Assembly: GCA_965247095.1 (NCBI GenBank) | Contig: OZ251997.1 | Location: 1,856,001 to 1,920,000 of the forward strand | Source: Candidatus Multivorans sp. | Lineage (GTDB): Bacteria > Acidobacteriota > Thermoanaerobaculia > Multivoradales > Multivoraceae | Direction of reading: 5' to 3' | DNA length: 64,000 bases | Shown here: positions 1-9,828 of the stretch, in pieces | Numbering within the stretch: the stretch's first letter is position 1 | Layout of the letters: every line of letters begins with the position of its first letter | Program-made: the position numbers and the translations under genes | Notes under the pieces: generated by a model | Databases searched by the model: none | The model's input: only the letters and a program-made list of their open reading frames with translations | What the model was told of the DNA's origin: nothing

Positions 1-781
1 GCCGGGGCCGCTCGGAGGCGAGCACCAGACCGATCCGGCTGCGGTCGGTCTCCACCCGACCGGTCGGCGTGTAGTGCATCTGGAAGTCGATCACCGCGCC
101 CGCGGGCAGCCGGCGACCGACGCCCGGCGGCATAACGAGCGGCGCCGTGCCCGGGGCGTAGCCGCCCAGGTCGCCCGCGGTGCGCGGGTCCCCGCCGACT
201 CGCGCCGCCGCCACACCGGCGCCAGGGAACGCCTGGACGATCACGTGATGAACGACGGCGGCGTTGCCCGGCTGCGTCTCAGCCGCCTGAATCCACACGT
301 CCTCGGGCAACACCGTCTCCACCCGGTAGCCGTGGTACGGGACCTCGCCGGCGGCCGGAATCGTGACCTCCTGCGGCAGCTCGTAGATCAGGTCGGGGGC
401 GCCGATCCGCCAGCTCTCCGAACGATCCGGGCCAAGGGCTGGCGTCACCTCACCGCCTCCGGACCCGGGGCGGCTGCCGCCGTCGACCCAGGCCAGCAGC
501 TTCTCCTTCTCGGCCGCCGGCAGTCGCCGGTCGTTGGCGAACTCGCCGTAGCGCGGGTCGGCGTGCCACGGGGGCATTGCCTCCGTGGCTATGGCGCGCC
601 GGATCGAGGACGACCAGGCGCGGGCCTGCTCAAAGGTCTCGAGCGCGAATGGCGCCGGCCCACCCTCATGGTGGCAGCCCGCGCAGCGGACGCGGAACAC
701 CCCGGCTACGCGGTCGTAGTCGACCTCTGCCGCGGGCAGCGCCGCCGAAGCGACGACCGAAACGGCCAGGACGGTAACCAC
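1..781 (-). CDS. Secreted cytochrome c / copper type II monooxygenase-like protein (runs off left edge)
   Basis: Hand translation gives a signal-like N-terminus, heme motif CAGCH, MPPWHADPRYGEFAND and FQMHYTPTG. Not in the ORF track; start uncertain. Confidence 0.7.
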   Translation of the reverse strand, partial: MVTVLAVSVVASAALPAAEVDYDRVAGVFRVRCAGCHHEGGPAPFALETFEQARAWSSSIRRAIATEAMPPWHADPRYGEFANDRRLPAAEKEKLLAWVDGGSRPGSGGGEVTPALGPDRSESWRIGAPDLIYELPQEVTIPAAGEVPYHGYRVETVLPEDVWIQAAETQPGNAAVVHHVIVQAFPGAGVAAARVGGDPRTAGDLGGYAPGTAPLVMPPGVGRRLPAGAVIDFQMHYTPTGRVETDRSRIGLVLASERPR

Positions 782-843
782 CGCCGCGCCGGCTTCAGCG
801 GAGACGGCAGCAGCCCGCGCCCTAAGACTCGTATCACTCCGGG

Positions 844-889
844 CCTGGGAACGCGGGCGTCTCGCCCGCATCCGGCGCGCAAGCGCCGG
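844..889 (+). repeat. REP-like palindrome, family A copy 1
   Basis: CCTGGGAACGCGGGCGTCTCGCCCGCATCCGGCGCG; intergenic; first 36 bp identical to the copy at 50986. Confidence 0.85.
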
Positions 890-915
890 TCCGGCAGCTT
901 CAACAGACGTCCCGA

Positions 916-2277
916 TCAGGGGCCGCCCTGGTTCGTCAACCGGTAGAGCTTGCTTCGGGTGCGAATGAAGAGGCTGCCGTCGGCGATCGCCGGCGTCGAC
1001 ATGCACATCTCGTCGAGCGAGTTCTTGCCCACGACCTGGAACTCGTCGCCGGCTTCGATGACGAACGTGTCGCCGTCCTCGCTGAGCACGAAGACCTTGC
1101 CGTTGTAGGCCCAGGGCGAGGCCGTGAAGGCGCCGGAGCCGCGCTCGATGCGCTGCTTGCCGTAGACCTCGGCGCCGGTCTTCGGATCGTGCGCGGTGAA
1201 GAAGCCGCGGTCGAGCAGGGTGTAGAACCGGTCGCGGTAGATCAAGGGCGTCGGGTTGTAGGCGCCGGCCTGGGGCTGGTACCAGACCACCCAACGGTTG
1301 CTCTGCTGGTCCTCTTCGAGCGTGATGTCGCCCGTAGCACCTGGCTTGATCGCGTAGACCGGGCGGATCTGATCGCCGATGTAACCCGACGACACGTAGA
1401 GCAGGCCGTACTCCGAGAACGGCTGGGGGATTGCGATCGACGACATGCCGCCGAAGTGCCACAGGAGATTGCCCTCCTTGTCGTACGACCGCACCTGGTC
1501 GGTACCCACAGTGATCACCTCGGTGCGCAGCTCGTTCTCCCACGCGAAGGGCGTCGCCCAGTTGCTGCCCTCCTCGCGGGGGTCGCGCCAGAGCTCCTCG
1601 CCGGTCGCGGCGTCGAGCGCGAGCATGAAGGACTGGTCCTCGTTGTCGTTCACGATGTAGAGCTGCCCGTCGTGCACGATCGGCGACGCCGCGGTACCCC
1701 AGCCGTAGCGCGTCGGCACGGCCTCGAAACGACGCTCCCACACCGGTTCGCCGTCGAGCGTGAACGCGAACACCCCGACGTTGCCGAAATACGCATACAC
1801 GCGCTCACCGTCCGTGACCGGGGTCTCCGAGGCGTAGGTGTTCTTCAGGTGCCTCGCAAAGTCCGGCGCGGCGACCATCACCTCGCGCTCCCAGCACTTC
1901 TCGCCCGTCTCGACATCGAAGCAGTAGACCGACCAGTGGTGGACATCAGCCGACGGCTGCATCCGGTTGCCGCCCAGGTAGAGCCCCTTCTTCGGCTCTT
2001 CGACCTCACCCTCGCTCCATACCGTGGTGACGAAGATGCGGTCGCCCAGGACGATCGGCGAGGACCATCCGAGACCCGGCACGTCCACGGACCAGACCAC
2101 GTTCTCCTCCGTACTCCAGCTCTCCGGCAGGCGGGGATCGTCGGCGGCGACGCTCATCGAGTTCGCGCCGCGGAAGGAGGGCCAGTTGTCGGTCGCCGGC
2201 GGCGCGGCGAGGGCCGAGCCGGCGGCCAGCAGGACCACGCCGAGGGCGGCGAGCAGATGGGTGAATCGACGCATCAA
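916..2277 (-). CDS. PQQ-binding-like beta-propeller protein (BamB-like)
   Basis: Signal peptide, NWPSFRG, GWSSPIV, repeated ALDAATGEELW-type blades. Confidence 0.85.
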   Translation of the reverse strand: MMRRFTHLLAALGVVLLAAGSALAAPPATDNWPSFRGANSMSVAADDPRLPESWSTEENVVWSVDVPGLGWSSPIVLGDRIFVTTVWSEGEVEEPKKGLYLGGNRMQPSADVHHWSVYCFDVETGEKCWEREVMVAAPDFARHLKNTYASETPVTDGERVYAYFGNVGVFAFTLDGEPVWERRFEAVPTRYGWGTAASPIVHDGQLYIVNDNEDQSFMLALDAATGEELWRDPREEGSNWATPFAWENELRTEVITVGTDQVRSYDKEGNLLWHFGGMSSIAIPQPFSEYGLLYVSSGYIGDQIRPVYAIKPGATGDITLEEDQQSNRWVVWYQPQAGAYNPTPLIYRDRFYTLLDRGFFTAHDPKTGAEVYGKQRIERGSGAFTASPWAYNGKVFVLSEDGDTFVIEAGDEFQVVGKNSLDEMCMSTPAIADGSLFIRTRSKLYRLTNQGGP

Positions 2278-2461
2278 AAACCTCCTGTGGGGAGATCGGT
2301 TCGAACAGATCCAGCCTGCGCCTAAGGCGCAAGCGGTCAGGATCGCGGTTGCAACGGCGGGGCGCAGCTTACCACCGGCTCAGGCGCCGCCTTGGGAACC
2401 CGGGTGGCGCGATCCGCGCCACCCGCGAACCACTCCGTGCGGCCGTCATAGGGCGCACGGA

Positions 2462-2502
2462 TGGCACGCGGGCATCCTGCCCGCATCCGGCGCGCTAGCG
2501 CC
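2462..2502 (+). repeat. REP-like palindrome, family A copy 2 (diverged)
   Basis: ACGCGGGCATCCTGCCCGCATCCGGCGCG; another hairpin GGGTGGCGCG..CGCGCCACCC near 2402-2424. Confidence 0.7.
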
Positions 2503-2527
2503 AGACCTTGTTGGCGCTAGAGCCGGC

Positions 2528-3028
2528 TCAAGCGGCGCCAGCGCCCGCCCGCCTCTCCAGGTCGAGCAGCGCCTGTTTGACGGGAAGGCCGCCGCCGTAT
2601 CCTCCGAGCTTCCCGTCGTGGCTGATCACCCGGTGGCAAGGCACCACCACCGGCGCCGGGTTGCGGCCGTTCGCCGCGCCCACCGCCCGCGAGGCCATCG
2701 GCTTGCCGATCCGCGCCGCCAACTCGCCGTATGAGATCGTCTCGCCGAACGGGATACGACGTAGCTCGGCCCACACCCGTCGCTGGAACTCCGTGCCCTC
2801 GAGAGCCAGGGGCAGGTCGAACTCCCGCCGCCCACCGGCGAAGTACTCCTCGATCTGCCGCTTCGCCTCCGCCAGCGCCACAGGCAGAGCGCCATTCGAG
2901 GGCGTCCATGCGGGGTTCGGCGCCTCCGCAGCAAGGTTCGGCAGGTCGATCCGGTCGACGGCGTCCTCGCCGCCCACCAGTCGGAGAGTGCCGATTGGGG
3001 TGTCGAAGTCGTGGTAGGTGGCGGTCAT
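2528..3028 (-). CDS. ogt: Methylated-DNA-protein-cysteine methyltransferase
   Basis: Active site PCHRV, GTEFQRRVW, SRAVGAANGRNP. Confidence 0.95.
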   Translation of the reverse strand: MTATYHDFDTPIGTLRLVGGEDAVDRIDLPNLAAEAPNPAWTPSNGALPVALAEAKRQIEEYFAGGRREFDLPLALEGTEFQRRVWAELRRIPFGETISYGELAARIGKPMASRAVGAANGRNPAPVVVPCHRVISHDGKLGGYGGGLPVKQALLDLERRAGAGAA

Positions 3029-3169
3029 TGGGAGGGTCTCCATTCCGGGGCGCGATAGAGCGTGGCGGCGAGGGCAAAGTCTAATCCACAGGCCACCTTT
3101 CGCTGAGGACTCACACCTTCGATTACTCTCTTGAATAAATCTATTCAGTAGCGTAATTTCTGTTCCGCC

Positions 3170-3253
3170 ATGGAGTATGAGCGCGAGCAAGTGGCCGTAC
3201 TGAGAGGACGCTTGGCAGAGTCTCCAATGGCGATCCAGGCCGTCTTCGGGCCC
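3170..3253 (+). pseudogene. 5' fragment of an AAA-type ATP-binding protein, cut at the Walker A start by IS3
   Basis: MEYEREQVAVLRGRLAESPMAIQAVFGP abuts the IS end; resembles the lead-in to GPRQxGKT. Confidence 0.55.
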
Positions 3254-3293
3254 CGGAGTTGCCCCGGTTTCGTGGACAGTTTAGGTTTAGGGA

Positions 3294-4109
3294 TCAAGCG
3301 GCTTGGTAGTAGCTCTTCTCGAAGTTGACGGGTGAGCGGTGTCCGATACCGGAATGTCTGCGATGCGGGTTGTACCAGGCCTCGATGTATCGGAAGATCT
3401 CGCTCTTCGCCTCGTTGCGGCTGCGGAAGTCGTTGGTGTCGATGAGTTCGCATTCGAGGCTGGCGAAGAAGCTCTCGGCCATGGCGTTGTCGTAGCAGTC
3501 TCCCACGGAGCCCATCGAGGGCAGGATGCCGGCGTCGCGACAGCGCTTGCCGAAGGCGAGGGAAGTGTATTGGCTGCCTTGGTCGGAGTGGTGAATCACG
3601 CCCGGCGGCGGCCGGCGCTGCGCGATCGCCATGTTCAAGGCGGCGAGCACGAGGTCGGCGCGCAGATGGGACTCCATCGCCCAACCCACGATTCGGCGGC
3701 TGAAGACGTCGAGCACGCCGGCGAGGTACAGGAAGCCCTAGAGGGTCGGCACGTGCGTGATGTCCGCCACCCACAGGCGGTTCGGCGCCTCGGCCTCGAA
3801 GCGGCGCTCTACGCGGTCCGGCGCCGGCCGGGCATCCGGGTCGCGCCGGGTCGTGCGCGGCCCCTTGCGCCGGCTGATGCCCGCCAAGCCCGCCTGCTTC
3901 ATCAGGCGAGTGATCCGCTTGCGGCTCACCAACAGGCCTTGCTCGGCCAGCTCGGCCCGGATCCGAGGCGCACCGTAGGTCCGGCGGCTCCGTTCGTGGA
4001 TCTCTCGAATCCGTTGCACCAGCGCGTCGTCGGACCGCGCCCGCTCGGAGCGCTTCCGCTTGAGCCACGCACAGAACCCGCTCGCGGAGACACCGAGCAC
4101 CCGGGCCAT
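3294..4109 (-). pseudogene. IS3 orfB DDE transposase with in-frame TAG at 3738-3740; N-terminus stranded at 5688-5738
   Basis: YGAPRI, WVADITHV, HHSDQGSQY, DNAMAESFF motifs in one frame across the stop. Confidence 0.9.
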
Positions 4110-4111
4110 CG

Positions 4112-5687
4112 AGTGCTTTCCAATCCTGAAATGAGCGTGAACGGGACCGTCATGGAGAGTCGAGTCGGGTCGGTCTCGGGGTAGTTCTGGGGCGGCAGAC
4201 GGTTCTGCACCGTCTGCCGCCTAGGGTAGCGCCCGCTGCGAGGCCGCGGCGGTTGCGGGCGTTGTGTTCCGGCCTGGGCCGATGGTGTTGTGCGGTGTAT
4301 GGCATCGGGCTGCGCGGTCTGCGGTTCAGGCGCTCCGGCGCCGGTGGGGATCGGACTCCCGGTCGATGAGTTCAAAGAGTCTGGCACGAGCCAGCTTGAG
4401 GGCGATCGCGGCGTCGAGGTCGCTCGTGGCGCCGGCCTGGTCTTCGAGGGCGGCGATGGTGACGCCGGGCCTGAGGTACCGCTCCGCGTCCGGCAGGGAC
4501 TTGAGCTTCTCGAACGGCGTCATGGTGTCCTGGTAGCGGTAGCGTTTCCTGGTGCGGCCCTTCCTGTCGGTGACCTCGGTGGGAAACAGGCACGGGCGAT
4601 GGAAGTTGAGGAAGGGGGTGAGCACATCGCGTGCGAAGACGTTGATCTCGCGGGCGAAGAGCTTGGGGATGTGCCGGTATCCGAACTGGCGCCGGATCAC
4701 GTTGCCGTTCTTGCTCTCGACCAGGGCGTTGTCGTTGGTGTGCCGGCTGCGGGACTTGGTGAACTCGGGGACGTGCAGTTGGTTGAGCATCTCGGCGACC
4801 TTGCGGTTGATGTACTCGGAGCCGTTGTCGGCGTGGAAGCCCAGCACCTTGAAGGGGCAGGACTCGATGAGCTCCTTGAGCACCGGCACGAGACACCGTT
4901 GGGAGATGGCCCGTACCGTCGCCACGTGCTCCCACTGCAACACCTCGTCCACGAGGTTGATGTGGTACACGCCCTTCTCGCCGTCTTTGTCCCCCTGATG
5001 CACCGTGTCCACCCGCAGGTAGCCCGGCTTCCCCTCCGGCTGGGGCTTGCGTCGTTCCCCGATCCCGACCGCGGTCGACCGCGTCTTCTTGAACGTCGTC
5101 CGGCGCCGCTGGTAGGTGGTCGACTTGCGCAGGTTGTAGAACTGGCCGTTCGAGATCACAGCCAGACGCTCGAAGCGCTCGTCGCCGTACACCTCGAACT
5201 GGCGCCGCATCACCGCCCGCGTGCTGTGACCGCACATCTGGCCCAGTGCCGCGTCGACCTCGGCGAGAAGGCCGATGTCGGCCTTCGTGTAACGCCGCCC
5301 GAATGCGTGAGGCGGCGCACCGCGGCGGTCCTCGATGCGGCCCGTCTCCCGGTGCTGCCGGATCAGCCGCGTCAACTGCGACTCGGACTTCCCGGTCATC
5401 TTCATCAGGTAGCGCCGAATCATGCCCTTGTCGCGCCTCACAAGCGCCCGGTAGCGGAACCTGACCAGCGTCTCACGGATGAACTCGTACGTCGATCCGC
5501 GGTCCACCACCACGAAGTCCACCGCCTCGTTGCCGGCCACGAAACTGCGGACCTCACAAAGAGTCTGAAGTCGGCCTGTCTGGAGCGTCACGATCATCCT
5601 CCGATGATCCCCGATACCGGCGCTTCACGCTCACTTCTCGCTGGATTCACGCACCCCGCTCACGCTCACTTCTCGCTGGACAGCTCT
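4112..5687 (-). mobile_element. Single-ORF IS (rve integrase type, ISNCY/IS481-like) nested in IS3 orfB
   Basis: Imperfect IRs AGTGCTTTCCA..GAAATGAGCGTGA and AGAGCTGTCCA..GAAGTGAGCGTGA; 5-bp target duplication CATCG at 4107-4111 and 5688-5692. Confidence 0.88.
4326..5597 (-). CDS. Integrase-core (DDE) transposase
   Basis: PGYLRVDTVH, GFHADNGSEYIN, NDNALVESKN; intact 423 aa. Confidence 0.9.
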   Translation of the reverse strand: MIVTLQTGRLQTLCEVRSFVAGNEAVDFVVVDRGSTYEFIRETLVRFRYRALVRRDKGMIRRYLMKMTGKSESQLTRLIRQHRETGRIEDRRGAPPHAFGRRYTKADIGLLAEVDAALGQMCGHSTRAVMRRQFEVYGDERFERLAVISNGQFYNLRKSTTYQRRRTTFKKTRSTAVGIGERRKPQPEGKPGYLRVDTVHQGDKDGEKGVYHINLVDEVLQWEHVATVRAISQRCLVPVLKELIESCPFKVLGFHADNGSEYINRKVAEMLNQLHVPEFTKSRSRHTNDNALVESKNGNVIRRQFGYRHIPKLFAREINVFARDVLTPFLNFHRPCLFPTEVTDRKGRTRKRYRYQDTMTPFEKLKSLPDAERYLRPGVTIAALEDQAGATSDLDAAIALKLARARLFELIDRESDPHRRRSA

Positions 5688-5722
5688 CATCGTGGTGACA
5701 TGAAACTCGGCCTGGTACGCTC

Positions 5723-6031
5723 TCATGAACCCGTAGACCTCCTGGGTCCCGTCCCCCGAGCGAACCAGGCCGTTGCTTTTGCCAGGATCTCCCGTTCCTC
5801 GCGCAACCGCCGGTTCTCGCGCCGCAGCCGGCGCAACTCCTCTCGCTCCACGCTGGTCATGCCGTCGCCGCGGCGGCCCTCGTCACGGTCCGCCTGCGCC
5901 ACCCAGTTACGGATCGACTGCGACGACGGCTCGAACTCGCGAGCCAGTTGGTCCGGGCTGCGCCCGGACCGGACCTGCTCCACCATCTGCTGCCGGAACT
6001 CTGACGGGTACGGTGGTCTTGATCTCGACAT
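5723..6031 (-). CDS. IS3 orfA (HTH transposase subunit)
   Basis: PYPSEFRQQMV..EELRRLRRENRRLREEREILAKATAWFA. Confidence 0.92.
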   Translation of the reverse strand: MSRSRPPYPSEFRQQMVEQVRSGRSPDQLAREFEPSSQSIRNWVAQADRDEGRRGDGMTSVEREELRRLRRENRRLREEREILAKATAWFARGTGPRRSTGS

Positions 6032-6085
6032 CGTGAATACCTCCTCCTCCAAGGATCTGGTGTCCACGAAACCGGGTCAAGCTCA

Positions 6086-6480
6086 CCCTGCTCTCGGGCT
6101 TGCAGGCACTACTGCCGCAAGAAGTCGACGCCCAGCCCGAAGGCCAATACGCCGCCAACCGGCGCGCCGACATCCGCTTGGCCTGTTCCGGCTTCCACGT
6201 CCCCATTGAAATCAAGAAGCAATCCCACCGTGCCCTCTGGCGCGCCGCCCGCGATCAACTCGTCGCCAAGTACACGCAGGATCCAGCGACCGGCGGCTAC
6301 GGGATCTTCCTGGTGCTCTGGTTCGGCGAGCCCGAGAAGACTCCGCTAGACGAAACTGGCACCCGCCCCGGCAGCCCCGAAGAGCTCCGGCAACGGCTCG
6401 AAGCCTGCATCGCGAGGCAACTGGCGCCCGATCAGGCCCGGAAGATCGCCGTCCGGGTCATCGACGTCAGCAAGCCCTGA
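6086..6480 (+). pseudogene. C-terminal PD-(D/E)xK nuclease-like domain of a truncated large (possibly NACHT-type) protein
   Basis: RADI..VPIEIKK, DQLVAKYTQDP..GYGIFLVLWFG; starts at the IS3 end without a credible start. Confidence 0.6.
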
Positions 6481-6548
6481 TCGCCGGCAGCCGAGGCGAC
6501 AGGCGGGCGCCTCCCCGCCGACGCCTCCGGCGCAAGCTCGGCGAACAC

Positions 6549-7583
6549 TCAGCGCACGTCGCCGGCACGGCGGAGGAAGTCGTCCGCGTCCCGGCATTCC
6601 AGGGCCAGTTCGATCAGCGCCGGCACGTCCGCCACGCGGTCAATCTCGTCGAGCCATGCGCGGAGCCGCGGCGTCACGGCAATCCCACGCCCGGTCAACG
6701 CCTGGGGAACGGCGGTTCGGAGGATCTCCAGTTGAGCTTCCGATCTTCCTTCGGCCCGCCCTTCGGCTCTTCCCTCGGCCCGCCCTTCGGCCCGCCCTTC
6801 GGCTCGCGCTTCGGACCGCTGCTCTTCCAGCTCCCGGCTCAGGAACGGGTCGTCGGCGGCGCTCGTTCCCTCTGCGGCGCCGAGGACGCCTCCGACCTGG
6901 CGCAGGATGTCGACGGTCTCCAAGGAGGCCTCCGGCTCATTCAACGCCCGGTGAATCGCGGCCGCCGTCCAGCCGGGGAACGCCCGGCTGCTCGCGGCTT
7001 CCACGTACCGGCCCGCCTCCAGGACATGGATCGTGAGACCGGAGCGGCGGGATTTCGGCCGGTACCGCCAGCTCGCCTCCGGCACTTCGACCCAGACCTC
7101 AGGGAACCCCCAGGACTCGTAGATGCTCAGCTTCCGCCGGCGGGCGTCGGTGCTGTAGTCCACTTCCAGGACCACATCCGGCAGCGTGTCGACGCCGTAC
7201 TTGATCTCAGCGCCGCGCGGCGCCTCCCTAGCCGGACGCAGGTAGACCACCTGGTCCGCCGCCATGACCCGATCGTGCCCTCCGTCCGGTCCGCGCACGA
7301 CGAGCGCCGCCGCCCCGATCACATCGATCGAAGAACCTCGTTTCGCCGCGATCAGGCGGACGCAGCCCGCGAGCCGCATCGCCCCGTACTCGTGGTGAGT
7401 GGTCGCGGGCTCGGCCACCATCGCGATCTCGGTGCGCGCGTCCCAGTACTCGAAACGGCCTTCATAGTCGTCGAGTTCGTCGCGCCGAATCCGCACCGGA
7501 TGGCAGCCCGGAAACTCCACGGCTTGCGGAGCGGGGCCATCGTCGGGCACTCCGGGAGGCGTCTTCGCGGCCGGCTCGACCAT
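6549..7583 (-). CDS. Uma2/DUF820 family restriction-endonuclease-fold protein with RAEG repeats
   Basis: LPDVVLEVD, IYESWGFPEVWVEVP; 12-bp tandem (RAEG)n at about 6745-6815. Confidence 0.85.
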   Translation of the reverse strand: MVEPAAKTPPGVPDDGPAPQAVEFPGCHPVRIRRDELDDYEGRFEYWDARTEIAMVAEPATTHHEYGAMRLAGCVRLIAAKRGSSIDVIGAAALVVRGPDGGHDRVMAADQVVYLRPAREAPRGAEIKYGVDTLPDVVLEVDYSTDARRRKLSIYESWGFPEVWVEVPEASWRYRPKSRRSGLTIHVLEAGRYVEAASSRAFPGWTAAAIHRALNEPEASLETVDILRQVGGVLGAAEGTSAADDPFLSRELEEQRSEARAEGRAEGRAEGRAEGRAEGRSEAQLEILRTAVPQALTGRGIAVTPRLRAWLDEIDRVADVPALIELALECRDADDFLRRAGDVR

Positions 7584-7663
7584 GGTTCGACCCTACACCG
7601 AGAGCGGCCCCGGAATCGGTCGACGAACCCGGCGGTCGACACCTGCGTCAACGTGGAGGCAAG

Positions 7664-8608
7664 CTACCCACCCCCACTGCCCCGGCGCCACAACAGGATC
7701 GCCGCGTAGGCCCGCACCGGCCGCCAGCTCTCGGCCATCGCCTCCAACTCGGCCGCGCTCGCCGGCTGTTGCGGATTCACCGCCTTGCGCAGTCCCAGAT
7801 CGCTGGCCGGGAACGCATCCGCGTCGCCCAAGGCGCGCATGGCGATGTACTCGACGGTCCAGGGACCGAAACCCTTGATGGCGAGCAACCGCTCCCGGAC
7901 CTCCGCCGGGTCGGCGTCGAACCGCAGAGTGCCGGTTGCTATCTCGGCCGCCATCTCATGTAGCGCCCGCGCGCGGGCGGCGGTCAGGCCGATCGTCCGC
8001 AAGTCGAAGGCGGCAACCTGCTCCGGCGTCGGGAAGGTGCGCTCGAGTCCGGCCTCCCGCAACGTGCCTGGAAGCTCGTCGCCCAATGCCGCAACCAATC
8101 GACCCGCCAGCGTGCGCGCGCCGGCTACCGAGATCTGCTGCCCCAGGACCGCGCGCACCGCGGTCTCGAAGCGGTCCCAGGCGCCCGGAACCCGCACGCC
8201 GGCGAAACTCCTGCTCTCGGTCGCGAACTCCGACGCCGCACCTAGCGTCTCCGCAACCCGATCGGGATTCGCGTCGAGGTCGAATAGCCGCCGGACTCCG
8301 CGGGCGATCGCCTTCTCCGCTTCGGAGCTGGTCGTCTCCGGTTGAGCCGCGCGGACCTGCACTTCGGCCAGGGCACCAGGTCCAAAGCCGACCTGCAGCA
8401 CCGCGGGACCGGCGCCGGCCTCGTGGACCGCGGACGGAAGAGACGCCAGGTCGATCGTCCGGCGGTAGAGCAGCCGCTCCGGGTCGACGACCTCGACGCC
8501 CGGCAGCGCCCGGACGGCAAAGAACTCCAGCAGGCCGCGGACATCGAACGGACGCCGGTAGGCCTCTTCGAAGGTACAGACGGGGAGCGACATGCGGTGC
8601 GGGAGCAT
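7664..8608 (-). CDS. alkA: DNA-3-methyladenine glycosylase II
   Basis: AVRAVLGQQISV, HhH-GPD region GFGPWTVEYIAMR..DAFPASDLGL, WRPVRAYA. Confidence 0.92.
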   Translation of the reverse strand: MLPHRMSLPVCTFEEAYRRPFDVRGLLEFFAVRALPGVEVVDPERLLYRRTIDLASLPSAVHEAGAGPAVLQVGFGPGALAEVQVRAAQPETTSSEAEKAIARGVRRLFDLDANPDRVAETLGAASEFATESRSFAGVRVPGAWDRFETAVRAVLGQQISVAGARTLAGRLVAALGDELPGTLREAGLERTFPTPEQVAAFDLRTIGLTAARARALHEMAAEIATGTLRFDADPAEVRERLLAIKGFGPWTVEYIAMRALGDADAFPASDLGLRKAVNPQQPASAAELEAMAESWRPVRAYAAILLWRRGSGGG

Positions 8609-8676
8609 AGTCGCCGGACGCTCGCCTCCGGCGCGATAGCCTCACCGCCCCCTATCGACCGACCAAGGACGAAACC

Positions 8677-9825
8677 ATGACCGAACTCCCCGCCGACGGC
8701 CTCGCACTCCACTCCACGATCCGCGCCAACGACAGCGGCGGCGGCACGGTCGAGCTCGCACTCGCTCGCGTGCCGGTACCCGACCCCGGGCCGGACGAGG
8801 TCGTCATCCGGGTCGAGGCGGCGCCGATCAACCCCTCCGACCTCGGCGTGCTGTTCGGTCCCGCCGATGTCGCAACGGCGAGGGCCGTCGAAGGCGAGCA
8901 CGGCCCGGCCGTTGTCGCCGACATTCCCGACGGGCTGGTTCGCCTGGTGGCCGGTCGCCTCGATCAGACGATTCCGACCGGCAACGAGGGCGCCGGGGTC
9001 GTCGTCGCGGCCGGTTCCTCGGCCCGTGCGCAGGACCTGGTCGGCCGCACCGTGGCCGTACTCGGCGGCTCGATGTACGCCGAGTACCGGTTGTCCGAAG
9101 CGAAGCGGTGCCTCGTGCTGCCCGACGGCACGACGCCGGCGGAAGGCGCATCCTGTTTCGTCAACCCGCTGACCGCTCTCGGCATGGTCGAGACGATGCG
9201 GCTCGAGGGTCACAGCGCCCTGGTCCACACCGCTGCCGCCTCGAACCTCGGGCAGATGCTGCAGAAGATCTGCAGCGCGGACGGCGTGCCCCTGGTCAAC
9301 ATCGTGCGCCGGGTGGAGCACGAGGAACTCCTGCGGGGCCTGGGCGCCCGGCACGTCGTGAACTCGAGTTCCGACACCTTCATGGCCGACCTGGTCGCCG
9401 CGCTCACCGAGACCGGCGCCACCCTCGGCTTCGACGCCACCGGCGGCGGCAAGCTGGCCGGCCAGATCCTGACCGCGATGGAGGCGGCCCTATCCGCGAA
9501 CGCCCCCGAGTACAGCCGCTACGGTTCCGCGACCCTGAAGCAGGTCTACATCTACGGCGGGCTCGACCGCAGCCGGACCGTCCTCACCCGGAACTTCGGC
9601 ATGGCCTGGGGTCTCGGCGGCTGGCTGCTCCCCCACTTCCTGCAGCGAATCGGCCCCGAGGCCGCAGAGAGGCTCAGGCAACGGGTCGCCGCCGAGATCA
9701 GGACCACCTTTGCCTCAAGCTACGCCAATACGGTCACCTTGCAGGAGGCCCTGGACCCGGCAACGGTTGCGGTTTACGCGAAGCAGGCGACCGGTGAGAA
9801 GTACCTGGTCACGCCGCACGGCTAG
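8677..9825 (+). CDS. MDR-family (zinc-binding-type) oxidoreductase
   Basis: EAAPINPSDLG, GNEGAGVVV, FVNPLTA, HTAAASNLG. Confidence 0.85.
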   Translation: MTELPADGLALHSTIRANDSGGGTVELALARVPVPDPGPDEVVIRVEAAPINPSDLGVLFGPADVATARAVEGEHGPAVVADIPDGLVRLVAGRLDQTIPTGNEGAGVVVAAGSSARAQDLVGRTVAVLGGSMYAEYRLSEAKRCLVLPDGTTPAEGASCFVNPLTALGMVETMRLEGHSALVHTAAASNLGQMLQKICSADGVPLVNIVRRVEHEELLRGLGARHVVNSSSDTFMADLVAALTETGATLGFDATGGGKLAGQILTAMEAALSANAPEYSRYGSATLKQVYIYGGLDRSRTVLTRNFGMAWGLGGWLLPHFLQRIGPEAAERLRQRVAAEIRTTFASSYANTVTLQEALDPATVAVYAKQATGEKYLVTPHG

Positions 9826-9828
9826 CGA

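Larger units (their letters stand above)
3254..6085 (-). mobile_element. IS3-family element, interrupted by a nested IS
   Basis: 25-bp IRs CGGAGTTGCCCCGGTTTCGTGGACA (3254-3278) and TGAGCTTGACCCGGTTTCGTGGACA (6085-6061); orfA and orfB present. Confidence 0.92.

Noticed and set aside
3738-3740. In-frame TAG (and the TGA at 62193) as recoding, Sec or Pyl
   Set aside because: Both stop codons are used normally across the window, no supporting machinery is visible, and both sit in decaying accessory genes.
6745-6815. 12-bp tandem repeat as a CRISPR-like array
   Set aside because: Coding (RAEG)n repeat typical of Uma2-type proteins; no spacers or cas genes.
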